In this document: piece after piece, positions 1 through 8,800 of the stretch
Position numbering within the stretch: position 1 is the first letter of the stretch
Layout: each line of letters starts with the position of its first letter
Source: a virus
Lineage: Duplodnaviria; Caudoviricetes
DNA length: 54,430 nucleotides
IMG/VR virus record: IMGVR_UViG_3300050011_000409
Location: 1-54,430 of that record
Strand: one strand, 5' to 3'
The notes under the pieces: model-generated
What the model was told of the DNA's origin: nothing
The model's input: the letters and a program-made list of their open reading frames with translations, nothing else
Database searches by the model: none
Made by a program: the position numbers and the translations under genes

Positions 1-33
1 AGCCAACGTAAGTTAAATTTGCAAACGACATCG
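1..33. repeat. Terminal direct repeat (33 bp), copy 1; circular assembly overlap
   Basis: agccaacgtaagttaaatttgcaaacgacatcg is identical to 54398-54430. Confidence 0.97.
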
Positions 34-493
34 TCGTCAGCGAGGCCATCGTGCTTGGTTGAAAAGCCCCGCCAATGTAGATTAATTCCGGTGCTGCAAG
101 GCGGGTTAAATTGGCCGCTGTCTGGGGGGAGAAACTGACTGCGCCCATCAGGCCGGCAAGGTTGTCAAAACTTAACGTGGTCAGTGAGCCGAAAGGGTCG
201 GTAAATGTAATTGGAGTTTGGCTGCAATACCCGGTGAACACTGTAATCGGCATAGGCACGCCAGAGGCTCCCGTGGCTGCAATGCCCGATGTTTGATCAA
301 CTTCGATGATTGGCGGAAACGTCGGTGGCAATGTTCCGGCATAGGTAATTGTAACCCCTGCTGGAAAAGTAAGATTGATGACGTCGTTGAGCGTCTCTTT
401 GAATGAGTTCCCCGCGCCATCGTCAACCTCGATCAAATCGGTCAGCGCCGGAGCGGGATTCGGCGTCAATTGTGCTATGGTTTTCGTTGGCAT
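1..493 (-). CDS. 5' part of a junction-spanning 382-aa leucine-rich-repeat (L-domain-like) protein; continues at 54397..53742
   Basis: ATG at 493 (MPTKTIAQLTPNPAPALTDLIEVDDG...) is open to base 1 and in frame with ORF 53742..54428 through the 33-bp overlap; missing from the ORF track. Confidence 0.85.
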   Translation of the reverse strand, partial: MPTKTIAQLTPNPAPALTDLIEVDDGAGNSFKETLNDVINLTFPAGVTITYAGTLPPTFPPIIEVDQTSGIAATGASGVPMPITVFTGYCSQTPITFTDPFGSLTTLSFDNLAGLMGAVSFSPQTAANLTRLAAPELIYIGGAFQPSTMASLTTMSFANLTYVG

Positions 494-497
494 AAAT

Positions 498-698
498 TTA
501 GTTGATTATTCTTGTGTAGCCCGCCTCGGTTCTCCGCGTTTCACCGGCCTCGGTTATCCGAATCGTTTCCCCCGGCGGCACTGGGCTGTTCAAAATCTCA
601 TCCGCCAGATAAATCAGCGCGGCCAATTGATCGCCCGGCGGAATGCACTTGCCGTAGCACTTAGCGGCGTTCACCAAAACCTGTGGGTCGGTGGCCAT
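498..698 (-). CDS. Small Cys-motif protein, probable virion accessory (one TDPxxL..CxxxCIPPGDQL repeat)
   Basis: Paralogous to 700..930; tightly packed downstream of the capsid gene. Confidence 0.7.
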   Translation of the reverse strand: MATDPQVLVNAAKCYGKCIPPGDQLAALIYLADEILNSPVPPGETIRITEAGETRRTEAGYTRIIN

Positions 699-699
699 T

Positions 700-930
700 T
701 CACGAATTGGCTATGGCATCGGCCAGATAAATCAGGACGGGCAACTGATCGCCCGGAGCGATGCACTTTGAATAGCATCGCGCTCCGGCAACCAAAGAAG
801 CCGGGTCGGTGCTCACACCGGCAAATTGTGCAAAGAGCGAAATCAAGACAGGCAGTTGGTCGCCGGGCGGGATGCACCTGGCGATGCACTGCGCGTTTGC
901 TTCAAGCGTCGTTGGGTCGGTGGCAGGCAT
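700..930 (-). CDS. Small Cys-motif protein with two TDPxxL..CxxxCI(P/A)PGDQL repeats
   Basis: Internal tandem duplication visible in the translation; operon packing. Confidence 0.75.
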   Translation of the reverse strand: MPATDPTTLEANAQCIARCIPPGDQLPVLISLFAQFAGVSTDPASLVAGARCYSKCIAPGDQLPVLIYLADAIANS

Positions 931-933
931 TGG

Positions 934-1263
934 TTATTCTTCGGTTGCCGCCGGCTCTGCCATCTTGTCGAAGGTGTCGTCCACGTCATCCATCGTTGAG
1001 CGTTTGCCCTTCGACGGGCCGTTTTCGTCCCCGTCCTTTTCCCAAGACAATTCGACTTCGTTCTCCCAGATGTGCTGGCACTTGAACCGGCACTCCTGGC
1101 CGACATCGGGGATTTTCGAGCCGAAAATGGATTTTGGCACCAACGCGGTGTTACCTTCCATTTCGTCTTCGTTGTCGCCCTGGGGTTTGGATGGTTTGAC
1201 ATCGCCTACGTCACCGGGCGAGGCGGAAGCGGATTCCGGCGCGCTGTAATAGTCATCAGCCAT
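934..1263 (-). CDS. Acidic 109-aa protein (MADDYYSAPES...), possible internal head protein
   Basis: ATG at 1263 is preceded by aaacgatttatttt, resembling the capsid start context; C-terminal helix resembles the scaffold C-terminus. Confidence 0.7.
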   Translation of the reverse strand: MADDYYSAPESASASPGDVGDVKPSKPQGDNEDEMEGNTALVPKSIFGSKIPDVGQECRFKCQHIWENEVELSWEKDGDENGPSKGKRSTMDDVDDTFDKMAEPAATEE

Positions 1264-1288
1264 AAAATAAATCGTTTTTGTTTGGTGA

Positions 1289-1326
1289 AGCCCTGGGCGT
1301 CCGAACCACCAGAACGCCCAGGGGCT
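1289..1326 (-). other. Strong stem-loop 3' of the capsid gene (stabiliser/processing site or weak terminator)
   Basis: gccctgggcgt ... acgcccaggggc inverted repeat; no U-tract on the minus strand. Confidence 0.5.
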
Positions 1327-1345
1327 ACCACCGCTTGCAGACGGG

Positions 1346-3010
1346 TTATGACAGAATCCACGGAACCGTGATCGTGGAGCAGGAACCCGTAATCGTGATG
1401 CTGTCGCCGCTGACGGCCCAGGTGCCGAGCACGCCGACCAAATGGTTGAGTTGTGTGACCAGGCCGGCCAGCGTTGTCTGTCCGCTGATAGCCTCGTGTT
1501 CGACCGGCACGCCATTGCACATGATGGTGTTCGCCTCGACCTGGTATTGGCCAGTCGTGGCATTGAGATGCCCCGCGACAGTGACGGTGTATGGCGCGCT
1601 CGTGTTGGTGCAGAATGCGCTCGTGTTCGACTCGTAATTCTGGGCCGGGTAGCCGGGATCGGCATTGCAGGTGTCAATCTGAATGATGCACTGCGGCTCG
1701 GCCTTGTGGAAAATCAATTCCAAGAATTCCGTGTAGAGCGGGCGGATGGCCATTTTGAAATCCGCGATGAACTGGCCCTTGTTGCGCCGCTTGTTCTCAA
1801 TCGGATTCCCGTTCTGGTCCGCGCCGAGGTTGTCCATGACGAACTGCCAGCGCCCGCCGAAGTTGCGCGAGCTGTAGGGCATTTCGGGATTGACCGGCGT
1901 GGCATCGGCCACGAGGCATTGCAGAGCCTTCCGGTGCCAGACGTAGCTCCAACGATACTGCGCGTTGTCGAAAGCGGCATTCGGCAGATCCTTGGTGCCC
2001 GGCGCGCCGCCCGCGCCACTGGACGGCACGTTGACGAACGGGAGGACCACCTGATACCGATAGGGCAGCCCGGGCGTGGTGCCAACCGCGCCCAGATAGT
2101 TGAAACGCAGGTTGAACGGGTCCGCGCGCACAACGTAATTGCCGACGGTGCCCGAAAAGGCGTATTTCCAATACTTGCTGGTCGCATCCCATTCGGTGAA
2201 GCGCCAGTTGCCGGTGATGGACGGAACGCCGCCGATGCCCTGCTGCCCGCCGAGACGGTCCAGTTCCCAGACGGTATCCATGTCCGTCACCAACTCGATG
2301 TTGGGCGGCAGATCCTTGAACGGCTGCTTGCCGAAATAGCCAACGCGGCACAACGGCTGAAACCGGGATTGCAACATTTGCGGCGTGAGTTTGAAAATGT
2401 GCGACGCCGGAACGTTGGTATCAATATACCATTCCTCGTCGTTGTGCGTGCCCGCCAACACCCACTGGTATTGGAACGTGCCATTCGCCGAACTCGGATT
2501 GCCGAAACTGCTGTTGGCGACCCAGGCGTAATTGGCGAACTGCGCCGCGCGTTTGCGCAGGAAATTCGAGTTGATCGCGCTGGTGGCCGGCTTCAGAATG
2601 TCAGTGATGATCTGCCGGAAATGTTCCTTCGCGTGCGTGACGTGCATCTCCTGGTCGTAGCACAGCAAGGGCGTCGCCCAAGACTGCTCTTCCAGAAAAT
2701 AAGTCAGCCGCGTGGCACCCCAGGTGATGTAATGCTCCGTCTTGTCGCAGGGCGTCCCCAAACAGTTTCCAGCCTGCGTGGGCCGCCACGTCTTGGTGAC
2801 GTTGGGCCAGACGTGATTGAAGCGATCCAGCGTGTGCTGAACGCCGCTGTAGGCCGGGAACTCGCCGGTGTCAACGTGTAAAATCCAACCATCCTCCGGC
2901 CTAATGTCCTCAAGTATGAGTTTGTCATACACAGGTTCTTGACTGACAAGCTGTTGCGTGAATTGGCAGCCGGTGACAAGGCCGGGTGTCGGGCAGGGTC
3001 CAAAAGCCAT
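1346..3010 (-). CDS. Probable major capsid protein (554 aa) with a C-terminal beta-rich extension
   Basis: Size, strong codon bias (long antisense shadow ORF), long structured leader, 3' hairpin, and no other capsid candidate in the genome; fold not verified. Confidence 0.65.
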   Translation of the reverse strand: MAFGPCPTPGLVTGCQFTQQLVSQEPVYDKLILEDIRPEDGWILHVDTGEFPAYSGVQHTLDRFNHVWPNVTKTWRPTQAGNCLGTPCDKTEHYITWGATRLTYFLEEQSWATPLLCYDQEMHVTHAKEHFRQIITDILKPATSAINSNFLRKRAAQFANYAWVANSSFGNPSSANGTFQYQWVLAGTHNDEEWYIDTNVPASHIFKLTPQMLQSRFQPLCRVGYFGKQPFKDLPPNIELVTDMDTVWELDRLGGQQGIGGVPSITGNWRFTEWDATSKYWKYAFSGTVGNYVVRADPFNLRFNYLGAVGTTPGLPYRYQVVLPFVNVPSSGAGGAPGTKDLPNAAFDNAQYRWSYVWHRKALQCLVADATPVNPEMPYSSRNFGGRWQFVMDNLGADQNGNPIENKRRNKGQFIADFKMAIRPLYTEFLELIFHKAEPQCIIQIDTCNADPGYPAQNYESNTSAFCTNTSAPYTVTVAGHLNATTGQYQVEANTIMCNGVPVEHEAISGQTTLAGLVTQLNHLVGVLGTWAVSGDSITITGSCSTITVPWILS

Positions 3011-3256
3011 AAAATCGTTTTTCTTTCTTTGCGGCGGTCAATGACCGGCGCGTGTTGTTGTTGTTTGCTCGCGAGCCGCACAAAGCGACACCGAGACTTA
3101 CGACTTTATGGAAGCCATCCCACGACCGGCAGAGAGCTGCGGAGTCTTGCCCGCGTTTACGGGCGCTGGCATCCGTCCGAGATGCCGACCGCTTGGACTG
3201 ACGGAATTGGCTGACCGCTGGCAGGGTCTTGTCCAAGGACCAATTTACGGACAAGG
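3011..3256 (-). ncRNA. Candidate structured 5' leader RNA of the capsid gene
   Basis: About 245 nt non-coding with stems cttgtcc/ggacaag, ggcatc/gatgcc, gcccg/cgggc, gcag/ctgc and long-range gcggtca/tgaccgc. Confidence 0.45.
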
Positions 3257-3259
3257 CAA

Positions 3260-3275
3260 CGTTCCATGTGGAACA
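3260..3275. promoter_or_regulatory. parS-like palindrome overlapping the putative capsid promoter (TTGACA at 3286-3281, minus strand)
   Basis: cGTTCCAtgTGGAACa matches 14/16 to the parS variant TGTTCCACGTGGAACA. Confidence 0.55.
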
Positions 3276-3343
3276 AAATCTGTCAATAGAGAATTTTGAA
3301 GATTTTATTTGACTTAAAAGGACGGATGAGGGATACTTAATAC

Positions 3344-4078
3344 ATGCCAAATCTGATTGATCTAACCGGCCAAAAATTCGGCCGCCTCACCGTGATTGGC
3401 CGTTCTGAAAAAAACAATTACAACCGGCCAATGTGGCTGTGTCGTTGCGAGTGTGGGAAAGAGGCAACAGTTGCTGGTCAGCCGCTCAGGCTTGGATTGA
3501 CAAAAAGCTGCGGGTGTCTCCACGACTCGTTTCACTTAAAAGACATGACCGGGCAAACATTTGGCCGACTGACGGTGCTTGAGCGCGCGGGAAGCAAAGG
3601 TAATGGCGCGGCATGGAAATGCAAGTGCGTTTGTGGAAAGGAGCTAATTGTTTCCCGCCACTGTCTGATTCATCATAATACTCAAAGCTGCGGATGCCTT
3701 CAGCGCGACAGACACCTCGAAGCAGTCGTCACTCACGGCTTGCGCAAACATCCACTCTACCAGACGTGGGCCACAATGAAGGGTCGCTGTGAAAATCCAC
3801 ACGCGACCGGCTACGAAAATTATGGCGGTCGTGGCATCAAGGTTTACGAGCGATGGAGACACAGCTTCCCCAATTTTCTCAGCGACATGGGGGAGAGGCC
3901 GGACGGCATGACGCTCGACAGGAAGAATGTGAACGGGGACTATTCACCCGAAAACTGCAAGTGGGCGACACACAAGGAACAGCATCACAACAAGCAGTCC
4001 GACCAGAAGATGATTGACCTCCAATCCGAGGTTTCCCGCCTCCGCTCGCTGTGCTTGGCTGCTGGTCTAAAAGTCTGA
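3344..4078 (+). CDS. HNH-type homing endonuclease with two DLTGxxFGRLTV..WxCxCxCG..SCGC repeats
   Basis: Repeated N-terminal modules, YGGRGI, TLDRKNVNGDYSPENCKWAT; own promoter TTGACT-17-GATACT. Confidence 0.9.
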   Translation: MPNLIDLTGQKFGRLTVIGRSEKNNYNRPMWLCRCECGKEATVAGQPLRLGLTKSCGCLHDSFHLKDMTGQTFGRLTVLERAGSKGNGAAWKCKCVCGKELIVSRHCLIHHNTQSCGCLQRDRHLEAVVTHGLRKHPLYQTWATMKGRCENPHATGYENYGGRGIKVYERWRHSFPNFLSDMGERPDGMTLDRKNVNGDYSPENCKWATHKEQHHNKQSDQKMIDLQSEVSRLRSLCLAAGLKV

Positions 4079-4118
4079 ATTCTTGCCAACGCTGGCTTCC
4101 GGGTTTAACTTGCCCGTG

Positions 4119-5666
4119 ATGGCGATAGCATTTTCACTTCCTCCGCAGCCGATACCGGCTCCGGTCTTGTGGCAATACGTTCAGAACGTCTCGATCTGGG
4201 CAAAAGAGGCGCACAACCTGATGGGGACACTTGTGACGGCGATCAATGCCGGTGGCGGCGGAGGGATTCCAGACGCGCCGATCAACGGAACTCTTTACGG
4301 CAGGATAAACGCGACGTGGGCCGCCGCGCAGCCGGCCGGAAGTTATCAGCCGGCGGGCAGTTACCTGACGGATGCTGCATCAGACGGGAACACCTACGGC
4401 AGAAAGAATGGGGCATGGAGCGCCATTGCCGGTGGCTCGACGGGCAACCTGACGGAAAATACGTCCAGCATTTTGACGATCACGGGCGGGACCGGGGCGG
4501 TGAACGGCTCGGGCACGAGCATCAAAGTCACCAAGGCCGATGCCAGCCACAGCGGGTATCTATCCTCGACCGATTGGGGCATATTCAACGGGAAGCAAAA
4601 CGCCGGTTCGTATATCACCGATGCAGCGTCAGACGGAAACATTTACGGACGCAAAAATGCGGCGTGGGTGGTTGTCCCGAGCGCGCCTGCTTCCGGGAAT
4701 CTGACGGAAGCCACTTCAAGCATCCTGACAATTACCAGCGGGACCGGAGCGGTTTTGGGATCGGGCACGACAATTCAGGTAACGAAGGCGGACACTTCCC
4801 ACGACGGATACCTTTCCTCGACGGATTGGACTGCGTTCAACGGAAAACCCAACGGCGGCGTTCCGGTAGGCGGCACCACCGGGCAAGTCCTGGCAAAAAA
4901 TTCCGGCACGAATTACGACACCGGCTGGGTCAACCAGTCCGGGGGCGGCGGCTGGCCGGCCAATCCGTATCGGATTTTGTTCCGGTGGAAAGGAAACGGA
5001 GACAGCACGGATTCAATGCCATCAATCAACGACGGCTACATTTTTGGCGGCGTCACTTACGTTGCCGGTCTGGTGGGTCAGGCGTTTAGCTTCAACGGTT
5101 CGACTGGATTTGTGGCTACTTACGGAGTCCGGGGGTTAGGCTACACCCCGTATTGCGTCGCCGGCAATAACACCAGCTCAAGCTTCTTTTTCTCGATTTC
5201 CATGTGGTTCAAAACTTCGACCACTTCGGGCGGTTCAATGATCAGTTTTAACATCACACCGGAATACACCAGCGCGACCAGGGACTTCCCAATTTTTATG
5301 ACCAACGCGGGGTTGGTAGGGTTTGGTTTTTACAGCAGCGGCGTCCGCCTGGCTACAAGTTCTTCTGCCTACAACGATGGCAACTGGCATAATGTGATTG
5401 CCGTGCTGACGGATGCCGGCGGTTCAACGCTGTATGTGGACGGGGCAAGCAAGGCGACCAATACCCAGTCGGGAGGGATTATAGGCGGCTGGACTGGGGC
5501 CAACCTTGGATTTTGGAGAATCGGCAATGGGGATTTTGCTTCGGCTTGGAGCATATCCATGACCAGCGCCTTCTTTGCCGGCCTGATTCAAGACGTTCAA
5601 ATAATGCGGTCGGCCTTGACTTCAACCCAAGTATCGGCGATATACGCCGCCGGGCCGAACGCCTGA
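4119..5666 (+). CDS. Tail/head fibre with foldon-like repeats and a C-terminal LamG/concanavalin-like domain
   Basis: Three DAxxxGxxYGRxNxxW motifs, duplicated shaft block (GYLSSTDW..FNGK), LamG motifs (ISMWFKT, NDGNWHNV, LYVDG, GLIQDVQI..ALTSTQVSAIY); start taken at ATG 4119 behind TTGCCA-17-TAACTT. Confidence 0.8.
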   Translation: MAIAFSLPPQPIPAPVLWQYVQNVSIWAKEAHNLMGTLVTAINAGGGGGIPDAPINGTLYGRINATWAAAQPAGSYQPAGSYLTDAASDGNTYGRKNGAWSAIAGGSTGNLTENTSSILTITGGTGAVNGSGTSIKVTKADASHSGYLSSTDWGIFNGKQNAGSYITDAASDGNIYGRKNAAWVVVPSAPASGNLTEATSSILTITSGTGAVLGSGTTIQVTKADTSHDGYLSSTDWTAFNGKPNGGVPVGGTTGQVLAKNSGTNYDTGWVNQSGGGGWPANPYRILFRWKGNGDSTDSMPSINDGYIFGGVTYVAGLVGQAFSFNGSTGFVATYGVRGLGYTPYCVAGNNTSSSFFFSISMWFKTSTTSGGSMISFNITPEYTSATRDFPIFMTNAGLVGFGFYSSGVRLATSSSAYNDGNWHNVIAVLTDAGGSTLYVDGASKATNTQSGGIIGGWTGANLGFWRIGNGDFASAWSISMTSAFFAGLIQDVQIMRSALTSTQVSAIYAAGPNA

Positions 5667-5669
5667 TTT

Positions 5670-5873
5670 ATGACCATCAAACTCGAACTAACCGGAGAAG
5701 AAGCCGACCAGCTTGCAAAGTTGATTGACGCCGCGATCAAAGCCAACGGGATTCCAGCCGCCGTGGAGGGCGTGCCGCTGTTCCAAAAGCTCAAGCAGGC
5801 GGCAGACGCCGCGGCGAAGGTGGAAATGCCGTCACCGATGCCACCGCCCGGATCGCCCCAGAATCCGCTTTGA
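5670..5873 (+). CDS. Small helical protein, possible fibre chaperone
   Basis: Starts 3 nt after the fibre stop; amphipathic 67 aa. Confidence 0.6.
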   Translation: MTIKLELTGEEADQLAKLIDAAIKANGIPAAVEGVPLFQKLKQAADAAAKVEMPSPMPPPGSPQNPL

Positions 5874-5874
5874 C

Positions 5875-8800
5875 TCAGGGCGGAGGCGACCAAGCGGGGT
5901 TGGCGGCGCGGGGCTTGGGCTTGTTCCAATCCTCGGCCATTCTTCCGCCCGTGCCGGCCATGATAAGCGTGATGGCAAACGCCCTCAACAAAGTGTTCTG
6001 GGCTGCTTTGGTTTGACCAAGATCGTAGTAGTGGAACACTTCGTTTGCGCCTTCCTCGAACGGGATTGGAAGGACAATTCCGGTGCCGAATTCCTTCCAG
6101 GTGTAGGGCTTGACGCCTTCCGCCGCCAGGCGCTTTGGAACGGGCTGGGGCTTCCCGTAGCCGGGCATTTGCGGCAACGGCCTGTCCGCGTAATCACCCT
6201 TTGTGATTACCGAAATCACGGGACTGATAAACGGGCTGGCCTGCGTTCTCAAATAGGAGCCGCCGGTTTTATACATGGATTCGTCCGGGTAGATCAGATA
6301 CTTCGTTTTCCCACCGCTGCCCGCGCCGATCTGGTAAATTCGCAACGGCAGCCGGGTCATGGTCAGGAACGGACTGCCCCAGGCGAAAGTCATTCCAGCG
6401 ACGCGGAACTTTCCAAAATCGCTCTGCATCGGGTTCCAGCCGCCGCCGCCAAGAGCGACGGGAACGCCATTGAGCTTCTTTTTGTCCCCGAACAACTCGT
6501 TCAACTGTTGGTTGGCCAGCATCAGTCCGGTGAACACGGCAAAGATGCTCGCCTTTTCCTTGAACTGATTCGTGGCGAACCATTTTTCCGCCTCCGTCAT
6601 GTTCTTCATCTTGAGCAGGCTGTTGACGGCTCGAACTGGGTCTGTGGCTATCACCGCGACGCGAGAGGCTTCCAGCTTTGGCGCGAACAGAGCGTAGTGC
6701 GCGTATTTGCCGACCACGCCGCCGCCGGTCTTGGTGACGCCGGTAATGTGGTTGACGGAATCGGCGATGGCCTTCGCCAACTCTGGTGATTTTTCCGATT
6801 CGGCCAGTTTGTTCCAAGCGTTGTCGAACAAATCCTGCCGCAGAATTTTCAGAACGGAATAGCCGCGCGTGCCCATGCCGACGACTCTCCCCAAATGCGC
6901 CTTGTCGAGCTTGGCTTTGAACCACGCGGCCATTTTTGGAAATCCCTGCGCCAGCTTCGGGTCGCTGAAATCCTCCATCTTGCTCATGTCATTCACCAAA
7001 CCGGCGCGCTGGGCAACGGTGTAATTCGGTCGCCGGGCTATCTCGTGCTGCTGCATCTCGTAGTATTCGGGACTGAGCACTAGATGATACATCCTGCCGA
7101 AATTGTTTTTGAAAAGGATGGGATGCGTGGCGACGACGAGCGGCGCGTGCGTGCCCAGTGCAACGGTGCCGTGCAACCCGGTTTTGAGCGTGAACAATGT
7201 CCGCGCCACGGTGGGCAGCGACTTTTGCAGCCACGTTTCTGTGGCATGATTGACCCAGTTTTTGGCAAATTCTTTCAACATCCGGGCTTGGCGCTGTCTC
7301 TGCCAAACATCGTCGGCGGCGCGGCGGACTGGCTTCGTCTGCTCAAGCCCGCGCATGATGTCTTTGACTGGCAGCCCCAAATCAATCGCCAGCTTGTGAA
7401 CGATGTCAGGCCGGCTGTCGTTGCCTTTGTCAATGTATTCGGTCTTGGCGCGCGTCCAGAGCGTTTTGACCTGAAGCGGGGTCATCGGCTTGCCGGATTC
7501 GTAATCACCGAACGCTTTGCGCTGGCTTTCCAGATCGGCGGCGACCTTGACCGGCGTTCCCTTCTCGGCAATCCCGTCAATGGCGGTCTGCAAGCCAGCC
7601 TTTGCCGGTTCCGTGGCTTTGTCCGCCTCATTGACATCGGCGGCAAGTTTTCTGGCGGTCTTGGCCTCGGCGGGATTCAGGTCGCGCCCGGAGATTTCCC
7701 GGAAAGCGCGGTTGATGCCGGTGAAGGAGCCGGTGTCAATGTCCGTCTCGCCTTGCTGCGCCATGCCCTGCTTGTGCCATTCAGTTTGAATTGGCTTAGT
7801 GCGCGTGTCCCAGTCGGACAGGGCTTTTTGAGCGGTGCGATATTGGATTGAATCTGTGCCGAACTTTTCCTCGACGGAACGCGCGGATTTGGCCAATTGC
7901 TCGCCATAGGCGCGCGTGAACGAAATCAAATCGAATGAGGTTGCCCGCGTGCGCTCGAATTCACGCATGGAAACTTCCGGGTCAGCGCCCATAGCAATCA
8001 GGTCTTGACCCCATTTGACCGCTTCCTCTGCGCTGACTCCCTGGCCGGTTGGCACGGGAGCCACCTGTCCGGCGGCGGCGCGGGCCTTGCGCACGCGCTC
8101 GGCCACGCCGTAGATGTCTTGTGGTGCTCCCGTCGTTCCAAAATCCTGAGGTCGCGGATGCGGAACATCGCCGCCCATTGCGACCATTTCCGGCTGCGCT
8201 GCCGCCTTCGGTTTCGTCAACTGCTCCAAAGCGTCAATCGTTGAGGCGTTGACCGACGCGGACGGCTTTCCTTTCTGCCGCCATTGGCCTTCGGTGTTTT
8301 TGTAGAAGGCTTTTCCAAAGGCGGACATCGGGGATTTGATGGTCGGCTCGGTCGGGGCTGGGGTTTCTGCGGTGCGTTCGTTCAGCAGGTTCAAGACTTC
8401 CTGCAATCGCGCCTTTTGCTTCTTGTCGAAACTCTTATAGGATTCGGGATCTTTGGCCATGACTGAAAGTTGTCTTTGGATGGTCTTGGCTGCCTGTGCT
8501 GAACCGCCATACATTTTTTCCGCTGCGTTGGCAGATTTGAACGGGTCAACCTCCTGCACAATGTCGCGGATGGCGAACAAATCGTTTTGGGTCAGCTTCT
8601 CGCCTCCAAAAGCCGTCTCGGTTTTTGTCGGCTCGACAAACTTGGCTTTCTCGCCAGCAAGGTTGAAAGGCGTTTCGGCGGCGGTCAAAAGTTCACCGGG
8701 CGCAGATTTTGGAGCGACACGAGCAGTAGGCTTCGGTGTCGGTTTTAATTTTCCCCCCACTTCGGTCACAAGGTCTGGATGCAACGGCCAGTTTTGCCAG

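Noticed and set aside
1-33. Biological terminal repeat or att site
   Set aside because: 33 bp is a typical assembler k-mer overlap and it falls in the middle of a coding sequence.
1442-2881. 479-aa plus-strand ORF opposite the capsid gene
   Set aside because: Antisense shadow caused by codon bias in GC-rich DNA; no motifs. The same applies to 5725..6789, 12619..13569 and 17107..17892.
4360-4850. Diversity-generating retroelement TR/VR pair in the fibre repeats
   Set aside because: Differences between copies are not adenine-specific, both copies are in-frame coding, and no reverse transcriptase is present.
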